From Candidatus Poribacteria bacterium (GTDB lineage Bacteria > Poribacteria > WGA-4E > WGA-3G): a stretch of 64,000 nt of DNA. A program made the position numbers and the translations under genes. How positions within the stretch are numbered: position 1 is the first letter of the stretch; every line of letters begins with the position of its first letter. Location of the stretch: NCBI GenBank assembly GCA_965242965.1, contig OZ251518.1:1056001-1120000 (forward strand), given 5' to 3'. Positions 56,145-64,000 of the stretch are shown in pieces. The notes beneath the pieces are model-generated. The model did not search any database, had not been told where the DNA came from, and saw only the letters and a program-made list of their open reading frames with translations.

Positions 56145-56149
56145 TATAT

Positions 56150-56337
56150 GAGAGTGTTTCATAACTCTGTTTCGGTATTTATCCCGCCTTGGAGGGTGGG
56201 CGAATACCGGCAGGTATTGGGCCCATCTCTGTAGTTCGGGAGCGCCCGCTCCCGAACGGGTCAAGATCAGGCGATCTTGACCTACAGGGGGGATGCGGTC
56301 TGTCACCGCGACGTTAAGCGATATATGAAACACCGTC
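56150..56337. mobile_element. MITE-like element (188 bp) with TIRs, 8-bp target-site duplication and internal REP doublet
   Basis: GAGAGTGTTTCATA...TATGAAACACCGTC flanked by AATTATAT at 56142-56149 and 56338-56345. Confidence 0.85.
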
Positions 56338-56354
56338 AATTATATGCTGATAAA

Positions 56355-56427
56355 GGGCCTATAGCTCAGTGGTCAGAGCCGCCGGCTCATAACCGGCTGG
56401 TCCTAGGTTCGAGTCCTAGTAGGCCCA
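56355..56427 (+). tRNA. tRNA with CAT anticodon, probably tRNA-Ile2 (lysidine)
   Basis: GGGCCTA/TAGGCCC acceptor; GCCGG-CTCATAA-CCGGC; lacks initiator features. Confidence 0.93.
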
Positions 56428-56442
56428 TCTCACGTTTTTTGT

Positions 56443-56515
56443 GGGGCGTTAGCTCAGGGGTACGAGCGCTACCTTCACACGGTAGAAGTCACTGGTTCAA
56501 ATCCAGTACGCCCCA
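56443..56515 (+). tRNA. tRNA-Val (CAC)
   Basis: GGGGCGT/ACGCCCC acceptor; CTACC-TTCACAC-GGTAG; GTTCAAATC. Confidence 0.95.
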
Positions 56516-56553
56516 TCGTTTCCATAGCATCCCCGCGAGCAAAGGAGGCACCG

Positions 56554-57657
56554 ATGGATAACACAGCAGATATTGAAGTTGCACAACAGTTGCGCACGAC
56601 ACTTCCCCCCTTTGTCCTGTCAGGTGTTCAGGCGATTGATTGTGATATTCACAATGAAGTGCCATCGTTAGAGACGCTTTTTCCGTATCTGTCTGATTTC
56701 TGGTGCGATTATTGTAGCATCTCCGGCTTCGGCGGTCCCGATGCAAACGATTACCCGCGCGGGGCACCGATAACGACGCATCCCGATGCGAAACCGCCTT
56801 GGGAAGTTGAATTGACAGATGTTCGCGAGCAATTATTGGATAGTTGGAATTTGGCATACGGCATCCTCAATTGCGCCTATCGTGTGCAAAGTGTGCATAA
56901 TCCAGACCTGGCGGCTGCCCTTGCACAGGCGATAAACGATTGGCAGATAGCGCAGTGGCTTGAGCCGGAACCGCGTCTCCGCGCGTCTTTAGTGATTCCG
57001 AGTCAACTGCCTGAACTCGCTGCCAAAGAAATTGCGCGCGCTGGGGAGCATCCGGGGTTTGTGCAAGTGATTTTGCCGGTGCGTTCGCGCACCCCCTACG
57101 GCAATCGGCTGTATCATCCGATTTATGAAGCGGCGGTGCAGCAGAACCTCGCTATCGGCATCCACTACGGTGGCGCGCCCGGCAATCAACCTTCACCGAC
57201 AGGGTGGCCCTCTACCTATTTAGAGGAATACAGCGGGATGACGCAGGTTTTCCAAGCGCAGGTGATTAGCCTCATCGCGGAGGGAGTCTTCGATAAGTTT
57301 CCTGAACTTCGCGTCGTCCTGATTGAAAGCGGTTTTACGTGGCTCCCGGCGATGATGTGGCGCATTGATAAAGAGTGGCGCGGGCTCCGCAACAACACGC
57401 CGTGGGTGAAGCGGCCGCCTTCTGAATACATGCGGGAGCATATTCGGTGCACCTTGCAACCTGTCGATGCCCCGCCACATCCGAAACAACTTCTCCAGAT
57501 TATCGGGCAACTTGAATCCGAGGAGATGGTGATGTTTTCAACGGATTATCCGCACTGGCAGTTTGACACGCCGCAGGACGCGCTTCCATCGACACTGCCA
57601 CCTGGACTTGCCCGCAAAATTCTGTATGAAAACGCGCGCGCGTTCTATCAACTTTGA
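56554..57657 (+). CDS. Amidohydrolase_2-fold protein, subunit 1
   Basis: IDCDIH, AINDWQIAQWL, IGIHYGG, LIESGFTWLP, FSTDYPHW. Confidence 0.9.
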   Translation: MDNTADIEVAQQLRTTLPPFVLSGVQAIDCDIHNEVPSLETLFPYLSDFWCDYCSISGFGGPDANDYPRGAPITTHPDAKPPWEVELTDVREQLLDSWNLAYGILNCAYRVQSVHNPDLAAALAQAINDWQIAQWLEPEPRLRASLVIPSQLPELAAKEIARAGEHPGFVQVILPVRSRTPYGNRLYHPIYEAAVQQNLAIGIHYGGAPGNQPSPTGWPSTYLEEYSGMTQVFQAQVISLIAEGVFDKFPELRVVLIESGFTWLPAMMWRIDKEWRGLRNNTPWVKRPPSEYMREHIRCTLQPVDAPPHPKQLLQIIGQLESEEMVMFSTDYPHWQFDTPQDALPSTLPPGLARKILYENARAFYQL

Positions 57658-57673
57658 GTGGAGGCAAAACGCA

Positions 57674-58741
57674 ATGGCAAACATGACTCCCAAACATTCA
57701 AAATTTCCGGTCATTGATTGTGACATTCATAACGCCGTCGCCCCGGGCGGATTGCAGCCCTACTTATCCAAACGGTGGCAGGAACACCACAAAAACTTCG
57801 GGTTGCGCGGCAGACCTGGCGGTTATTATCCGCGCGCCTTACCCCACGCCGCCCGACACGATGCGTGGCCCCCTTCCGGAGTCCGTCCCGGTGCCGACTT
57901 GGGTTTCCTGCAGCAACAACTTTTAGACGCGTGGAACATTGAATACGGCGTGCTGAACCCGTTAATTTCTGTCGCCGAAGAACTGAATCTCGATTACGGT
58001 GCCGCGCTCGCGCAGGCAGTCAATGAGTGGCAGGTCGCGGAGTGGTTGGAGCCTGAGCCGCGGCTGCGCGCCTCCATCGTCGTGCCTTACGAAGATGGCG
58101 AATTAGCGGCAGCGGAGATTCACCGTTGTGGCCCGAACCCTGGATTCGTCCAAATTCTGCTCATCGCGCGTTCAAAGGAACCGCTCGGCAACCGCAAATA
58201 CTGGAAAATCTACGAAGCGGCGGCGGAATATAACCTCCCCATCGGCATTCACTTTGGCGGTGTCGCCGGGCCGATTACCGGCGCAGGCTGGCCCTCCTAT
58301 TACATTGAAGACCACGGTGGCATGCCGCAGGCATTCCACACGCAGGTGAATAGTTACGTTTGCGAGGGTATTTTTGAACGCTTTCCAACGCTCAAAGTTA
58401 TCCTGATCGAAGGCGGTTTCGCGTGGCTGCCACCGCTCATCTGGCGGTTAGATGCGACGTGGAAGAGAATGCGCGGCGAGGTCCCGGCACTTAAACGGCA
58501 ACCGTCGGAATACATCCGAGAGCACTTCTGGCTCAGCACGCAACCGATGGAAGAACCACCGAAGCGGGAGTATTTTGAGCAATTGTTGGAGCAGATGGAC
58601 ATGAACGACAAACTCATGTTCGCGACAGATTACCCGCATTGGGATTTTGATGCGCCGGATCGGGCTTTGCCAAGTTTCCTCAAACCTGAATTACGCAGGA
58701 AGATCCTTTCGGATAATGCGCGTGCGCTCTATCAGTTTTAG
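57674..58741 (+). CDS. Amidohydrolase_2-fold protein, subunit 2
   Basis: IDCDIH, IGIHFGG, YIEDH, LIEGGFAWLP, TQPMEEP, FATDYPHWDFD. Confidence 0.9.
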   Translation: MANMTPKHSKFPVIDCDIHNAVAPGGLQPYLSKRWQEHHKNFGLRGRPGGYYPRALPHAARHDAWPPSGVRPGADLGFLQQQLLDAWNIEYGVLNPLISVAEELNLDYGAALAQAVNEWQVAEWLEPEPRLRASIVVPYEDGELAAAEIHRCGPNPGFVQILLIARSKEPLGNRKYWKIYEAAAEYNLPIGIHFGGVAGPITGAGWPSYYIEDHGGMPQAFHTQVNSYVCEGIFERFPTLKVILIEGGFAWLPPLIWRLDATWKRMRGEVPALKRQPSEYIREHFWLSTQPMEEPPKREYFEQLLEQMDMNDKLMFATDYPHWDFDAPDRALPSFLKPELRRKILSDNARALYQF

Positions 58742-58761
58742 GTGTGTTTTTCACCTAAGGG

Positions 58762-59047
58762 CATCGAGACCGGGAGGTCTCTCCTACGGGGAGGTTGCAT
58801 CGAGACCGGGAGGTCTCTCCTACCTGTAGGGCGAGGGCCTGTCCCTCGCCATTAACATGAGGGTGTTTCATAATTCCGTTTCGGTATTTATCCCGCCTTG
58901 GAGGGAGGGCGAATACCGGCAGGCATCGGGCCCACGTCTGTAGTTCGGGATCGCCTGATCCCGAACGGGTCAGGATCAGGCGATCCTGACCTACAGTGGT
59001 GAGGCGGTCTGCCAGCCAAACGCATGGCGAGGGACAGGCCCTCGCCA
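58762..59047. repeat. REP cluster with MITE-type left end (58859) inside the amidohydrolase-Rieske cluster
   Basis: 58859 onward matches the 56150 element over ~150 bp but lacks the right TIR. Confidence 0.85.
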
Positions 59048-59065
59048 AACTCATCAAAAAACCAA

Positions 59066-59491
59066 ATGGCGAAATACATAGTTGCAACCCCAGACGAAAT
59101 TCCGCCGGGCGAACGCAAAATCGTTGACATCGGCGGCCGCTCCATCGGCATTTTCAATATTGATGGCGAATTTTTTGCTATCCGGAACAGCTGCCCACAC
59201 CAAGGCGGACCGCTCTGTAAAGGGCACGTTACCGGCTTCTTAAAGTCGCCCGCGCCCGGAACGTATACCTATACCCGGCAAGGCGAGTTTCTGCGGTGTC
59301 CGTGGCATAACTGGGAATTTGACATCAAAACTGGGCAATCGTGGTGGAACCCGACGCAGCGGCGCGTCCGCAAATACGATGTCCACGTAGAGCGCGGCGA
59401 GGACATCTCCGCATCCGAAAAAGGCCCTTACGTCGCCGATACGTTTCCCGTGACTGTGGAACAGCAGTATCTCGTCATTGAAATTGCGTAA
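59066..59491 (+). CDS. Rieske [2Fe-2S] ferredoxin
   Basis: NSCPHQGGPL...RCPWHNWEFDIKTG. Confidence 0.93.
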   Translation: MAKYIVATPDEIPPGERKIVDIGGRSIGIFNIDGEFFAIRNSCPHQGGPLCKGHVTGFLKSPAPGTYTYTRQGEFLRCPWHNWEFDIKTGQSWWNPTQRRVRKYDVHVERGEDISASEKGPYVADTFPVTVEQQYLVIEIA

Positions 59492-59528
59492 TTTGCGCGG
59501 AGTTTTTCTTCACGGAAACCTTAACGCT

Positions 59529-60875
59529 ATGAAACTTACCCCCTTTTTCAGCAAAACTTGCCTCCTCCCGTGCCTCTGTATCGCGCTTATCCTGATGATC
59601 TCCAATGCGGCGGCAGAACGTTACACCTATCCCAGTGGCGGACAGATAGTCACGCTGCAAGGATTACCCCTCAATTTAACGCATTTCAACGCCAGAGCCA
59701 ACGGCTACATTCCGGATAAAGGCGGTAACGATTTTATCATTATGGAGCAGTTTAATCGCAACTGCGGTCCGAACAGCGTTCAGATGGTGCTTTATTATTA
59801 TAGAAACCATCGGCGGCTCAAGGACATTTGGGCGGCGGGGGATATCCATACGGTTGCGTTGGGGACACGGGCCGACAAACTGCGGCGCGCCCTAAACGAA
59901 TTGGACGTGCCGACACATTGGTATACCGAAAAGACGCTTGACGATGTGCGCCGCTATATCCGCAATAACCGGCCGCCTATCCTTCTCCTTAGGCGTTCAA
60001 ACACCGGTTACCATTGGGTAGTCGCCGTCGGTTACGATACGCAGTTAGACAAATTTCTCATCGCCGATCCGCAGGGCCGATTTCAGTGGTGGGCATCGGC
60101 AGAGCTCCAAGCCGGCTGGGACTTGCGCTGGCAGACAGCGTTTGAGAACAAAGAAGCGGCATGGTATGAATTCCAAATCGATGTCGGCCCGTTTGCCAAT
60201 CTCACCCTCAAGCGGAATACGGTAGTCGTGCCGTTGGAACCGCCCTCGTTTGAGCGCAGGTATCATCCCTATTGGACAGACATGCAGGCGATAGAGATTT
60301 ATGGCAGCAGTGGCAATAATTTCTGGCGAGAAACGCGCACGTGGGAAGAGACGGTGAACTTTGACAATCCGTTCGTCCTCGCGCAAGTATCCGATATTGA
60401 GCTCGTCAGTTCTACTGCTACTGCGCGGCTAGATGGGTGGGAGCGCGTCGGCGATAGTTCTATCCGCCTCTGGGGAGAGGTTGGGGACGGGTTCGTCCTG
60501 CACGGCAGAATGTGGGTAATCGTTCGCACTTTCTACTTTAACAACGGTGCCGCTGCGCCTCCAGTAACTGCGCCGCTCACGACAGAAACCGCTTTGTTGC
60601 CTAACTATCCCAACCCGTTTAACCCAGAGACGTGGATACCTTATCAACTCGCATCGCCTGCCGATGTCACGGTATCCATCTACGCCGCGGATGGGAAATT
60701 AGTGAGAACTTTGGAACTGGGTTATCAACCGGCGGGTATCTATCAGAGCCGGAGCCGCGCGGCGTATTGGGACGGCTGCAATGCGCAAGGTGAACGCGTG
60801 GCAAGCGGTGTCTATTTCTATACGTTCACGGCTGGTGATTTCTCGGCTACCGGCAAGATGTTGGTAAGAAAATAG
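59529..60875 (+). CDS. Secreted C39-like cysteine peptidase with FlgD-Ig/T9SS-type C-terminal domain
   Basis: Signal peptide; Q...NCGP, HWVVAVGYD, IADP; LLPNYPNPFNPETWIPYQL...WDG...VASGVYFY. Confidence 0.85.
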   Translation: MKLTPFFSKTCLLPCLCIALILMISNAAAERYTYPSGGQIVTLQGLPLNLTHFNARANGYIPDKGGNDFIIMEQFNRNCGPNSVQMVLYYYRNHRRLKDIWAAGDIHTVALGTRADKLRRALNELDVPTHWYTEKTLDDVRRYIRNNRPPILLLRRSNTGYHWVVAVGYDTQLDKFLIADPQGRFQWWASAELQAGWDLRWQTAFENKEAAWYEFQIDVGPFANLTLKRNTVVVPLEPPSFERRYHPYWTDMQAIEIYGSSGNNFWRETRTWEETVNFDNPFVLAQVSDIELVSSTATARLDGWERVGDSSIRLWGEVGDGFVLHGRMWVIVRTFYFNNGAAAPPVTAPLTTETALLPNYPNPFNPETWIPYQLASPADVTVSIYAADGKLVRTLELGYQPAGIYQSRSRAAYWDGCNAQGERVASGVYFYTFTAGDFSATGKMLVRK

Positions 60876-60880
60876 TGCGA

Positions 60881-61099
60881 TCGCGGGGGACAGGCCCCCG
60901 CGCTACGGTTTGCAAGGCCGTCTCTTTTTACCGTAGGGCGAGGGCCTGTCCCTCGCCGTGCCTCGGTCGAGAAGGAAACGGCCTTTGTCGGCGTGCGTTT
61001 TTCGCGCGGGTCGAACGCTCGCGGGGGACAGGCCCCCGCGCTACGGTTGGTGAGACGGCCTTGCCTAGACCCGTTCGGGATCAGGCGCTCCCGAACTAC
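60881..61099. repeat. REP-like cluster
   Basis: CGCGGGGGACAGGCCCCCGCGCTAC x2, GTAGGGCGAGGGCCTGTCCCTCGCC, GTTCGGGATCAGGCGCTCCCGAACTAC. Confidence 0.85.
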
Positions 61100-61123
61100 A
61101 ATTTTTTTATTCGCATTTTTAAT

Positions 61124-61152
61124 TTGACAAAAACGTAAAAAAATGGTATAAT
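61124..61152 (+). promoter_or_regulatory. Consensus sigma70 promoter
   Basis: TTGACA-17 bp-TATAAT with TG extension. Confidence 0.8.
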
Positions 61153-61208
61153 TAAGACAGTGTTTAATTTTCAATCATTTTTTCATCAATTTAAAGGAGA
61201 AAAAACTA

Positions 61209-64000
61209 ATGAGAATCCTATTCTCTCTCATTTTCGCGGGCATTGCTGTCCGCTTGAAACCTACCGTCACCGCGTTATTGCAGCACCCGCTGCAAAGATT
61301 CCGCGCGCATGCGCCCGCCGGTGACGCATCCAACCTGAAGACCCCCCCTCTCATCTACGCGCGTTAACTCCTGCAACTCTTAGCAGGAAGGCGCAGAAGG
61401 ACGGGGGACAACCGCGGTCCGCCGCGCGCATTCCTTCCGTTTTGATAGGCTGCCTACTGCTCACATTCGGGCTGCTGACGGTGCTTGCACCGCCGGGAGA
61501 GAGCCACGACGCATTCACGCGACAGGATATCGATTCTGATGCCGATGATCACCTCAATGACAGGCCAGGGGAAAGGGATATCGGCAAACGGTTGGTAACC
61601 CATGCGTTGCCAGCGACATCGTTTACTTCGGTGGCGGAATCGGCCCACGGCCACAGCCATGGGTTTAATATTGATGCCTTCTTTGGTGGCAATACGACCG
61701 CTATCCATCCGAAGCATTTTGAGATTGAGTGGATACGGGTCTATAAAAATCCGAAAACCACGCCGCTGATAAATACCGATGACGAGGATGGCGAGGACCT
61801 TTGGGTCGAAGGTGACAACTTTGAATCAGGCTTGGCCCTTCCCTTGACCCTCACGAGTCGTGTTATTGTGCCGCCCGGTTTTCCAAACCGGCGCGCGCGG
61901 GTTTTCCCGTCCTTATGGAAGGACTATAAGCAGATCGTGGATAAAAACGTTGCCCTGGATGACGTGGATGACACCTACTTCTGGGTTGATATCGATCCGA
62001 CGAGCGGCGAACTGATAGAAGATAAGAGCAAACCCGGCAACAGTGGGCGTGTCATGCCCGGGCAAAATGATACGGTAGTCCCCGGGGATATCGTCGCCAT
62101 TGCCATCAACGTCAAACTGACTTACTATACAGCGGTAAGGGAATTCGTGGTTCCGAATACGAAGGATCCGGAAGAATTTGCTAACGAAGCCCGTAGCGTC
62201 GATTGGAGGCAAAATGATTTGCCATTATGGTTCAAGGAAGGTCAAAAGGGGCCCGATCGAGGCGATGTCTGGGCGCGCAATTACGGCCTTACCGGTGTCG
62301 GACCCACTGCCGATAAGCCTCTAGGTCGAATCGATGAAATCGCCGGCGGGTCGATAGTTGCAGCCGTGGGCATTGAGCATGTCGGGATCCTGAATCCCAA
62401 TTACCCACTGGAACGCCACATAGGGAGTGGGCTGGTAAACTGGACCGTGACAGACTTCGCGGCCAGCCATAGGGACTGGGGGCATACGGGAGAGGATGGT
62501 TACCATACCATCGTCTACCAATTTACGGTGACAGAGGACCATCTTGAATTGAATGACTTGTTGCACGGGTGGTTGGCCGGGGATGGCACTACCGTGAGCC
62601 CGTTCAATGTCCCACACCGTAACAAAGGGCAGCCGCATTACCACGGTGCTGATTTCGATACCGTGAATTACCCCCACGGTCTCACCTACCAAGAAATCAC
62701 AACCCTGCGTGCGAGCACACTCGCCGATCACGATCCGGAGTTTGGATTCGCCGTGTCATTTAATTCTAATAACTATACCGCCGGTCAGCGATTGCGTATC
62801 TTTCACGACGTGTCTGCGTTTATAACGGGCGGACCCTACGCCGCCTTTCCAGAAGGCAGCAGCACAGCTGTCGACGACGATCCGGTAGTAACCCAGGCTG
62901 ACGTCAACTTATCTGGTACTGATCAGATTAAGTACACGTACGCGCAGGGTGATGGGGTAACTCTCAAGAGGACGCAATATCGGAGCCACAGGAGGACTTT
63001 TAAGGCTGATGAGGCGAATCGTTTCATCAGCCAAGGTCGCACCACCATCAACTACGCAGGTCGATACACACGCGGCGAGGTGCCTTTCCACGGTATCAGA
63101 AATATAGACCTTGACAGAAACAGCGATGGTCTTATTGACTACTTGCCAATAGTTGATATCGAGGCGGACAGCACCAATGCAAATGGTCGCGTCCGGCACT
63201 ATGCTGTCTCGGATGGTTTTTATGAGCACCATGCGGCGACGAGGTTTCCTCACTACTTTCCGCCCACGTATGATGGCACTATCGACTATCCGGCGGTAGT
63301 GATGCCTGTCGCCGCGATGACAGAGATAGTCGTGCCATCGGGGACACAAACCGGCCCGTTTACGTTGACATTGCAGTTCCAGGAGGACTACAGTGCAGTC
63401 GGGCATGGGAAAAGCCCTGCGTTTCATGATTTGACGAACGAAGAGCTGCTCACGACGCTTCAAACTGCGCTGTCTGCAGATGTTGGGGATAGCACGGTGA
63501 CGGTGAGCCGTCCTGACGCGGTGGATGCGTGGTTGCGGTATCCGGTGAGGGTGGTGCCCCCGCTCGGCTTTAAAGGCGCGCTGACGTTCCAAGTGCCGGA
63601 AAATACGGTGTTTGCCCACCTTGACCCGCTCGGCAATTTGGCTTCAAACAGTGTCACGGTGCAGGTAGACACGGTGCCGCCGGTAGACACGCTGCAGGTA
63701 GTTGTAGATGAGATTAAGGTCGTTGAGCCGGAAGGCGGTGCGTATCTTGCAGGGAACGAGATCTCCGTTGAAGTGTCGTTTGCGCAGGATGGGTTGACGT
63801 TTGAAGGCGAAAATCCGCCGTATGTGACAATCTACCTCGGCGACAAAGACGTGCCGGCAAATGCGCGGCATGCGACGTGGCAGAAAGGCGCGGAGCGTTC
63901 AGGTTCGACGATTGTGCCGTTTGCGTATGTTTTGCAAGCGACCGATCCGCCGGCTGCGTCGGTGAGCGTAGATTTAAACACTCTGTCGATTCCGCGTGAG
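61209..64000 (+). CDS. Large surface/secreted protein with Ig-like domains, partial; apparently frameshifted at a C7 tract; not in the ORF track
   Basis: AAGGAGA+ATG 61209 gives 52 codons then TAA; the -1 frame is stop-free from 61325 to 64000 and contains a signal-like LIGCLLLTFGLLTVLA and Ig-like GPFTLTLQF...GNLASNSVTVQVDTVPP. Confidence 0.8.

Noticed and set aside
46664-56515. Prophage or genomic island integrated at a tRNA
   Set aside because: No integrase or duplicated tRNA 3' end was seen, and the intervening genes are housekeeping

Overview
Bacterial chromosomal window, probably Candidatus Poribacteria or a relative. This is an inference from secreted proteins ending in V-[DE]-x3-KLA-x2-W-x2-LK, a FlgD/T9SS-like C-terminal domain, a PorV-family gene and the dense intergenic palindromes. 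Housekeeping genes: miaB, map, ccmC/ccmD-like, glutamine-dependent nadE, mutS2, dnaG, rpoD, a peroxiredoxin and three tRNAs (Gly-CCC, CAT probably Ile2, Val-CAC). Candidate defence loci: (i) ABC/AAA ATPase plus a small PD-(D/E)xK-like gene; (ii) SNF2 helicase, ABC-ATPase-TOPRIM (OLD-like) and a sacsin-type GHKL ATPase with a degenerate HNH; (iii) a single-chain nuclease-N6-methyltransferase. Many intergenic spaces are filled with repeats: several GTAG-headed REP-like hairpin families, a ~170-bp AGGTCC/GGACCT element, 9-bp CAGGATTT-type arrays, and MITE-like elements with terminal inverted repeats and target-site duplications that carry REP hairpins inside. These repeats have inserted in-frame into several genes, and two inverted ~250-bp copies bracket one gene. 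Other notable points: a eukaryote-type NAD synthetase, a paired amidohydrolase + Rieske cluster (AibH1H2-like layout), and a large surface-protein gene split from its start codon at a C7 tract. No transposase/RAYT, CRISPR array or rRNA was seen. All family assignments come from motif recognition by eye; no database search was run.
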